A DNA stretch of 48,534 bases. It comes from Myxococcota bacterium. GTDB taxonomy: Bacteria > Myxococcota_A > UBA796 > GCA-2862545. The translations under genes were made by a program, and so were the position numbers. The DNA lies in contig JBGCER010000082.1 in NCBI GenBank assembly GCA_045106515.1, forward strand, positions 1 through 48,534, given 5' to 3'. The notes under the pieces were generated by a model. That model had not been told where the DNA came from. It was given only the letters and a program-made list of their open reading frames with translations, and ran no database searches. Shown here piece by piece: positions 43,071 through 48,534 of this stretch (positions are counted from its first letter, which is position 1; every line of letters begins with the position of its first letter).

Positions 43071-43946
43071 ATGTTTGAGTGGCTCGACACCTTCGGCGCA
43101 CCGCCCCTAGACGAAGCTCAGCGGCAGGCGTTGCGCCAGGCCGTCGGGGTGAACTCCGCCGGCTATGATCCGTGGGGGTTCAACCTCGAAACAGCAGAAA
43201 GAACGCTGCGTATCGTTCGCCTGCTCTATCGGGACTACTTTAAGGTTCAGGCCTTTCACACCGATCGCGTGCCGGATGAGCGCGTGATTGTGGTGGCGAA
43301 CCACGGCGGGCAGATCCCCCTCGATGGCATGCTATTGGCCACTTCCATGATGATGGAGCTGGAGCCGCCGCGGCTGGTTCGCGGCATGGTGGAGCGGTGG
43401 GTGCCGGGCTTGCCATGGTTCTCCACGCTGTTCACCCGATGCGGCCAAGTGGTGGGGGACCCGGCCAATGCCGAGGAGCTGTTGCGCCGCGACCAGTCGA
43501 TCATGGTCTTTCCCGAAGGCGTCAAAGGCATCAGCAAAACATGGTGGAAGCGCTATCAGCTTCAGTCCTTTGGAACCGGTTTTGTGCGGCTAGCGCTGTC
43601 GACCAACACCACCATCTTGCCCGTCGGCATCATCGGCAGCGACGACACCTACCCAGCCCTCGCGTCGTCTCGCAGGTTGGGCAAGCTGATCGGGGCTCCG
43701 AACTTTCCGATCACGCCGACGTGGCCCTTTTTGGGGCCCCTCGGCCTTGTGCCATTGCCTGTGCCCATTCACCTCTACTTTGGTGAGCCCATCCGGTTTG
43801 AGGGTGACCCTGACGAGTCCGATGCGCTCACCCGCGCTCGGGTCAACAAGGTCAGGGACGCGGTTCAAGCGCTCCTGCACGAAGGTCTACAAGCGCGTCC
43901 TCAACTCCAACAGCTCGACGACTGGGCGCGATGGGGGCGGAAGTGA
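43071..43946 (+). CDS. Lysophospholipid/glycerolipid acyltransferase family protein (PlsC-like)
   Basis: The VVANHGGQIPLDG and MVFPEGVKG blocks resemble the PlsC-family acyltransferase motifs I and III. The canonical HX4D spacing is not met. Confidence 0.6.
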   Translation: MFEWLDTFGAPPLDEAQRQALRQAVGVNSAGYDPWGFNLETAERTLRIVRLLYRDYFKVQAFHTDRVPDERVIVVANHGGQIPLDGMLLATSMMMELEPPRLVRGMVERWVPGLPWFSTLFTRCGQVVGDPANAEELLRRDQSIMVFPEGVKGISKTWWKRYQLQSFGTGFVRLALSTNTTILPVGIIGSDDTYPALASSRRLGKLIGAPNFPITPTWPFLGPLGLVPLPVPIHLYFGEPIRFEGDPDESDALTRARVNKVRDAVQALLHEGLQARPQLQQLDDWARWGRK

Positions 43947-44899
43947 AGGTGCTGCTCACCGGGGCGGCGGGTCGCTTGGCTCGCTTGGTCGCGTTCGCTC
44001 TCGGCGAGGCGGGCCACGAGGTGGTGGGCCTCGATGTGCGGCCGCGGCGACGCCAAGATGTGCCGGGCTCCTTCCAGCAGGTCAAGCGCTACGACCATCG
44101 CCAGATCGCCGAGGTCTTTCGGGCCCACCAACCCGACGCCATGCTTCACTTGGGCGTCCGGGCGGGAGGCTTCCGGACCGAGGCCAAGAAGCGATATACG
44201 CAAAATGTACTTGGAACACGCAATTTGCTGGAGATGTGCCGGAAGCACTCGGTCCGTCGGGTCGTGGTGCTCGGCACCTACCACGTGTACGGTGCGCATC
44301 CGCATAATCCTACGTTCTTACTGGAAGACGCGCCTATGCGCGCCGTGCAGACCTTTCCGGAACTGCAAGATGTGGTGGAGCTGGACCACACGGTGTCGAG
44401 CTTTGTGTGGCGCCGCCGCGAGGTGCCGACGGTCTTGCTGCGGCCGGTGAACATGGTGGGGCCACACCTGCGCAATCAGGTGAGCACCTTGTTGCGAGGG
44501 CGCTGGTGTCCTCGTCTGATGGGGTTCAACCCCATGATGCAGTTCATCCACGAGTCTGACGTGGTGCAGGCCTTGCTCCTGACCCTCGGCAGCGAGCTGA
44601 GCGGCGTGTACAACATCGCCGGCGAAGGCGCCGTGCCGTGGAAGGGGGCCATCGAACTGGCCGGGTCCCGCTCCTTGCCGCTGCCACATCTGTTGGCCTA
44701 CCCGGCGACTCGCCTGGCCAGCCGGCTGGATGCGGCCTTCCCAGACCACCTGATGGACTTCTTCCGGTACCCGGTCATCGTCAGCGATCAGGCGTTTCGG
44801 GCGGACTTTGGGTATGCGCCCAAGGTAAGCGTCTTGGACACGCTGCGCAGCGTGGATGACATCACCCACGACGCCGCGGAAGTTCGGCCTACGAGCTAG
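43931..44899 (+). CDS. NAD-dependent epimerase/dehydratase (extended SDR) family protein
   Basis: The Rossmann motif is KVLLTGAAGRLARLV. An alternative GTG start at 43943 overlaps the upstream stop (GTGA). No clear YxxxK motif is seen. Confidence 0.6.
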   Translation: MGAEVKVLLTGAAGRLARLVAFALGEAGHEVVGLDVRPRRRQDVPGSFQQVKRYDHRQIAEVFRAHQPDAMLHLGVRAGGFRTEAKKRYTQNVLGTRNLLEMCRKHSVRRVVVLGTYHVYGAHPHNPTFLLEDAPMRAVQTFPELQDVVELDHTVSSFVWRRREVPTVLLRPVNMVGPHLRNQVSTLLRGRWCPRLMGFNPMMQFIHESDVVQALLLTLGSELSGVYNIAGEGAVPWKGAIELAGSRSLPLPHLLAYPATRLASRLDAAFPDHLMDFFRYPVIVSDQAFRADFGYAPKVSVLDTLRSVDDITHDAAEVRPTS

Positions 44900-45719
44900 A
44901 CTTTTTGAGCGCCTTGCCGACCTCGTCATCGGTCAAGTAGCGGGTCAGTCCCGGCAAGAAGCGGTTGGCCGTGAAGATCAGCTTGCTGTCGTTGCCGATC
45001 ATGCCGGTCACCTTGCCCTTTTCGATGCACTTGGCCATCGAGGCCGCGACTTGATCAGCTTTGTACGTCTTGTTCCAGCCGCTCTCCGCTTCGAGGGCCC
45101 AGACGGCGGCGGGCTTGCTCTCGTTCTCTTTCTCCAAGCCTGGGGTCTCGGTGGTGGGCGGGAAGTAGATCGTGACGCGCACGCCATGGCCGCGCATCTC
45201 TTGTCGCAGCGACTCGCCAAAGCCGGCGATGGCGAACTTGCTCGCGGAGTAGGCGGGGTAGCCAAAGAGAGGAAGGAAGCCCATCATGGAAGAAACGAGG
45301 TGGATGTCTCCCGAACCCTGCTCGATGAAGTGAGGTGCGAGCGCCTTGCACACCCGCACGTGGCCCATGAAGTTGACGTCCATCATCCGGTCGAACTCGG
45401 CGAGCTCGGCTTCGGCGAAAAGGTTGGCCACGGCGTAGCCCGAGTTGCACACCAAGACGTCCAAGCCGCCCAGCTGCTCGATGGCGGCCGCGCACGCGGT
45501 GGCCACGGAGTCGGCATCGGTCACGTCCATCTGCACCATGCCGTGTGAGCCGTCGGGCGCCGCGCCGTTGAGGGCCTCTACCGTCTCGTCTAGTGCCGCC
45601 TTGCCGCGGGCCGCGACGACGACCGATGCACCAGCCTTTGCGAGATGCAGGGCGAGGGCTTGGCCAATGCCTTTTGAACCGCCAACGATAAGGGCCTTCT
45701 TGCCGCGATAGAAGCTCAT
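44889..45719 (-). CDS. Classical short-chain dehydrogenase/reductase (SDR)
   Basis: ALIVGGSKGIGQALA is the TGxxxGxG-type motif and YSASKFAIAG is YxxxK. The 3' end overlaps the convergent epimerase gene by 11 nt. Confidence 0.8.
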   Translation of the reverse strand: MSFYRGKKALIVGGSKGIGQALALHLAKAGASVVVAARGKAALDETVEALNGAAPDGSHGMVQMDVTDADSVATACAAAIEQLGGLDVLVCNSGYAVANLFAEAELAEFDRMMDVNFMGHVRVCKALAPHFIEQGSGDIHLVSSMMGFLPLFGYPAYSASKFAIAGFGESLRQEMRGHGVRVTIYFPPTTETPGLEKENESKPAAVWALEAESGWNKTYKADQVAASMAKCIEKGKVTGMIGNDSKLIFTANRFLPGLTRYLTDDEVGKALKKSSS

Positions 45720-45793
45720 GGGGTCTCCGATCCAGGTCCGGGGGTGCGCCTCCGGATACCCTATGCGGGGGCGCCTTGCCCACGGGAGTCATC

Positions 45794-46216
45794 ATGAGCG
45801 TATGGAAACGGCTGGGAAATGTGGCCAAGGGCTCGGTCAAGACCTGGACTCGTGGGTCAGAACCCGGACGGGACGCTGCGCTCGATGAGATCGAAGCGGA
45901 GCTCGCCAACGCGTCGACGGTGGGCCGCTCCGAAGATCGGGCCGCTCGGCCCCGGGTGTCCGACGCGCCCGTGTCGGCGTCGGCCGTCGTGCGAGAGCCG
46001 GGTCGGGAGCCCGTGCCGCGCACGGACCTGTTCGGTGGCGCTGAGGACGCTGCGCCCAAGAAGGCCGACCTGTTTACTGAGGCGCTCGAAGAGGAGGACC
46101 CTACGGAGCTGGCTCCGCCCGAAATGCCCCTGGCGGACGAAGCCGCGCGGGTCGAGGACGCCGTTCAGGCCATCGTCAATGAGGCCGCGCCGGAAAGCCC
46201 AAAGAGAACGTTGTAG
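45794..46216 (+). CDS. Acidic, probably disordered hypothetical protein
   Basis: The start is MSVWKRLGNVAKG with GGGAG upstream. I recognise no motif. Confidence 0.4.
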   Translation: MSVWKRLGNVAKGSVKTWTRGSEPGRDAALDEIEAELANASTVGRSEDRAARPRVSDAPVSASAVVREPGREPVPRTDLFGGAEDAAPKKADLFTEALEEEDPTELAPPEMPLADEAARVEDAVQAIVNEAAPESPKRTL

Positions 46217-46223
46217 GCTGGGT

Positions 46224-48251
46224 TTACGAAACGCCCAGTCGGTCGATGACGAAGGCGTACATCCACGCAGCATCGGTGAGCTGGCCATAGCGACCCGAGA
46301 GGCCCCCATGGCCTGCGCCTAGGTGGGTGCGCAAGAGGATCGGGTTGTCGGATGTGGTATTTTCACGCAGCTTCTGCGCCCACTTGGCTGGCTCCCAGTA
46401 CCCCACGCGTGGGTCATTGAGGCCCGCCGTGATGTACAGGTGCGGGTAGGCCGCCTTCTTGACGTTGTCGTACGGAGAGTAGGCGAGCATCGTGTCGAAT
46501 ACGGCGCGTTCGTTCGGGTTGCCCCACTCCTCATACTCGGTGACCGTGAGCGGAAGCGTGTCGTCGAGCATGGTGTTCAAGGCATCGACAAAGGGCACAT
46601 CGGCGACGACGGCGGCGAATAGGTCCGGGCGCAGATTGGCCACAGCCCCCATCAAGAGGCCACCGGCGCTGCCGCCTTGAATCGCGAGCTTGTCCGGTTG
46701 GGTCCAACCTTGGGACACCAGGTGCTCCGCTGCAGCGATGAAGTCGGTGAAGCTGTTGGGCTTTTTGTCGAGCTTGCCGTCTTCGTACCAAGTGCGGCCT
46801 TTGTCGGCGCCGCCTCGGATGTGTGCGATGGCCACCACCACGCCGCGATCGGCCAGGGAGAGCCGGGAACTGCGGAAGCTGGCGGGGTAGGAGAAGCCGT
46901 AGCTGCCATAGGCGATGAGAAAGAGCGGGTGCGGCCCATTGCTCGGGTCCAAGGTGGACGGGCGCAGGAGGCTGATGGGGATCTGCTCTCCATCGCTGGC
47001 GGTCGCATGCAGGCGTTCGACTTCGTACTGGCGCGGATCGTGCCCAATGACCGGGTGCACCTTGAGCACCGCGCGCTCGTGGTCTTCCATGTCGAAGACT
47101 TCGACGGTCGGCGGCGTTCGCGGTGAGGTGTAGGTCCAGCGAAGCTCGTGGGTATTGAAGACAGGATTTCGCTCAGGACTGACTTGATACGCGGCTTCTG
47201 GGAAGCTCACCAGGTGGTCCTCTCCCGTGCGCAGGTCGTGGATACGCACCGTTGGCAGCCCATCCCTGCGCTCCCACAGCACCAGGTGGTTTGCGAAGGC
47301 TTGGAGCTGAGATTGGAACACAGTTAGGTCATGAGCAACCAAGACTTTAGGCGGATCTTGGGGTGTGGTGGCCGGGACTGAAACCACGCGGAAGTTCACG
47401 CCGTCGTCATTGGTTCGCACGTAGAAAGTGCCGGTGTGATGGACCAAGTCGTAGAGCACGCCCGGGCGGCGAGGCCAGACGACGCGGCTGGGCTCGGTCG
47501 GCTGGGTGCTGTCGACGAGATGGATCTCGCTGGTGGTCTTGCTGCCCACCTCGATGAGCACGTAGCGGTGGTCGCGGGTGTGGCTCACCCCAACGAAAAA
47601 GCGCTCGTCGGGCTCTTCGTGGACCAAGGCTGGGGCGTGTTCGCCGGTGGTGTCGAAGCGCCAGGCCTGGAAGGGGCGCTGGGCCGCGTCGGGCCGGGTG
47701 GCGAAGACGTGCCGGCTGTCTGCGGCCCAGGTGATGGACCACTTCAGATCCTTGGCGACCTGGGTGGTTTCGCCTGTCTCTAGGTCGCGGACGAGCAAGA
47801 CGAAGTGTTCGGCGCCGGCGGTGTCTTGGAGCCATGCGACCTTGGTGTGGTCGGGCGAAACAGAGGCTTGTTCCAGATTAAAGTAGTCATGCCCTTCTGC
47901 GAGCTTGTTCTCGTCCAGCAGCACTTGCTCGTCGGCGTCGAGGGCCCCATGGCGACGCGCGTGGATGCCATAGGCCTGACCCTCGACCGTGCGGGTGTGG
48001 TACCACCAGTCGTCGATCCGCACGGGCACAGAGCTGTCGTCTTCCTGGATGCGGCCCAGCATCTCGTCGTACAGCGCGGTTCGCAGGTCGGAGGTGTGGC
48101 CCATCATCTGCTCGACGTAGGCGTTTTCCGCCTCCAGGAGGGGCATCAGGTCTGGGTCTTGCCGATCTTTGATCCAATGCCAAGGATCCGGGCGTTCCAC
48201 GCCGTGTTCGGTGTGAGTGTGTGCGACCTTTTTGGCGACGGGGGCCGACAT
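46224..48251 (-). CDS. ptrB: Oligopeptidase B / prolyl oligopeptidase family S9A serine peptidase
   Basis: An N-terminal propeller is followed by a C-terminal hydrolase domain with GGSAGGLLMGAV (GxSxGG), DPRVGYWEPAKW and GAGHGG. The N-terminus HTHTEHGVERPDPWHWIKD is typical of protease II. Confidence 0.85.
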   Translation of the reverse strand: MSAPVAKKVAHTHTEHGVERPDPWHWIKDRQDPDLMPLLEAENAYVEQMMGHTSDLRTALYDEMLGRIQEDDSSVPVRIDDWWYHTRTVEGQAYGIHARRHGALDADEQVLLDENKLAEGHDYFNLEQASVSPDHTKVAWLQDTAGAEHFVLLVRDLETGETTQVAKDLKWSITWAADSRHVFATRPDAAQRPFQAWRFDTTGEHAPALVHEEPDERFFVGVSHTRDHRYVLIEVGSKTTSEIHLVDSTQPTEPSRVVWPRRPGVLYDLVHHTGTFYVRTNDDGVNFRVVSVPATTPQDPPKVLVAHDLTVFQSQLQAFANHLVLWERRDGLPTVRIHDLRTGEDHLVSFPEAAYQVSPERNPVFNTHELRWTYTSPRTPPTVEVFDMEDHERAVLKVHPVIGHDPRQYEVERLHATASDGEQIPISLLRPSTLDPSNGPHPLFLIAYGSYGFSYPASFRSSRLSLADRGVVVAIAHIRGGADKGRTWYEDGKLDKKPNSFTDFIAAAEHLVSQGWTQPDKLAIQGGSAGGLLMGAVANLRPDLFAAVVADVPFVDALNTMLDDTLPLTVTEYEEWGNPNERAVFDTMLAYSPYDNVKKAAYPHLYITAGLNDPRVGYWEPAKWAQKLRENTTSDNPILLRTHLGAGHGGLSGRYGQLTDAAWMYAFVIDRLGVS

Positions 48252-48313
48252 GAGCGCTCCGGGCGTGGCTGTAGGCGGCGCTCCTATCGCAACCCTGGGC
48301 GATCCGCCTGCGG

Positions 48314-48534
48314 TCAGTCCTGCTTCTGGGGAATGTCGATGACGCCGCCAGATGCGGGGGAGTAGCGAGCCCCACGGGGGATGTACCGCGCCGTCACGCC
48401 TACACGGGTGAAGGGGGCCAAGTTCATGCTGTCGGCGGTGAGCAACATGCTGTGTAGCAGCACCACATCGCCCTTTCGCATGGGCACCATCCGGATCTCC
48501 CGGTCTTCGATGCCGCTCGGAAGGTGTCGATTTC
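48314..48534 (-). CDS. C-terminal fragment of a PhyH-like Fe(II)/2-oxoglutarate dioxygenase; 5' part lies outside the window
   Basis: My hand translation of the reverse strand gives ...MRKGDVVLLHSMLLTADSMNLAPFTRVGVTARYIPRG...KQD*, with the stop at 48314-48316. The GDvvllHs...S.N....R pattern resembles phytanoyl-CoA dioxygenase family C-termini. Confidence 0.45.
   Translation of the reverse strand, partial: NRHLPSGIEDREIRMVPMRKGDVVLLHSMLLTADSMNLAPFTRVGVTARYIPRGARYSPASGGVIDIPQKQD

Noticed and set aside
45055-46059. A 334-aa minus-strand ORF. Similar long ORFs occur at 15244-16446 (+), 13536-14225 (-), 35377-36102 (-), 10099-10674 (-) and 44318-44929 (-).
   Set aside because: They have the Arg/Pro/Gly/Ala-rich composition typical of off-frame or antisense ORFs in high-GC DNA. 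Each overlaps a gene with clear family motifs (SDR, penicillin acylase, M16 and others).
1-48534. Search for tRNA, rRNA, integrase, transposase or terminal inverted repeats marking a mobile or genomic island.
   Set aside because: Intergenic gaps are all about 140 nt or shorter. None shows a tRNA-like cloverleaf by eye, and no recombinase-like ORF is present. The window looks like core chromosome rather than an island.

Overview
This is a high-GC, very gene-dense chromosomal window. I call about 47 protein-coding genes. I found no rRNA, tRNA, CRISPR array, transposase or integrase. All family calls come from reading motifs in the supplied translations; no database search was possible. The content suggests a Myxococcota-like organism, which is an inference. 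It includes many lipobox lipoproteins with Asp/Thr-rich linkers, MopE-type DNDCD repeats, a Hanks-type kinase, a TPR-CHAT protein and a planctomycete-type cytochrome c domain. Many long ORFs in the six-frame track are Arg/Pro/Gly-rich shadow frames, and several true genes carry false N-terminal extensions that I trimmed.

Main points:
1. Two adjacent minus-strand ORFs (959-1237 and 1274-1606) are in one frame, split by a single TGA. The TGA sits where the first Cys of a thioredoxin-fold CxxC motif belongs (FT-U-SS-C). This predicts a selenocysteine-containing redoxin lipoprotein, and hairpins start at the UGA.
2. A translationally coupled minus-strand operon encodes a FecR-domain protein, a stand-alone CHASE2 sensor, a CsgG/FlgO-like scaffold and an exported TPR-CHAT caspase-like protease (25235-31054). 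It looks like an uncharacterised envelope sensing/protease module.
3. A PRMT-like methyltransferase is start/stop-overlapped with a DAO-family FAD amine oxidase, just downstream of a Ser/Thr kinase.
4. A large exported protein carries seven ~71-aa tandem repeats, each with a C-x5-6-C pair.
5. A MopE-repeat lipoprotein is fused to a CxxCH PSCyt1-like domain.
6. An orphan PAAR protein has no T6SS genes nearby.
7. A (DT)n in-frame microsatellite lies in a lipoprotein gene.
8. A 58-aa gene falls below the ORF-track cutoff.
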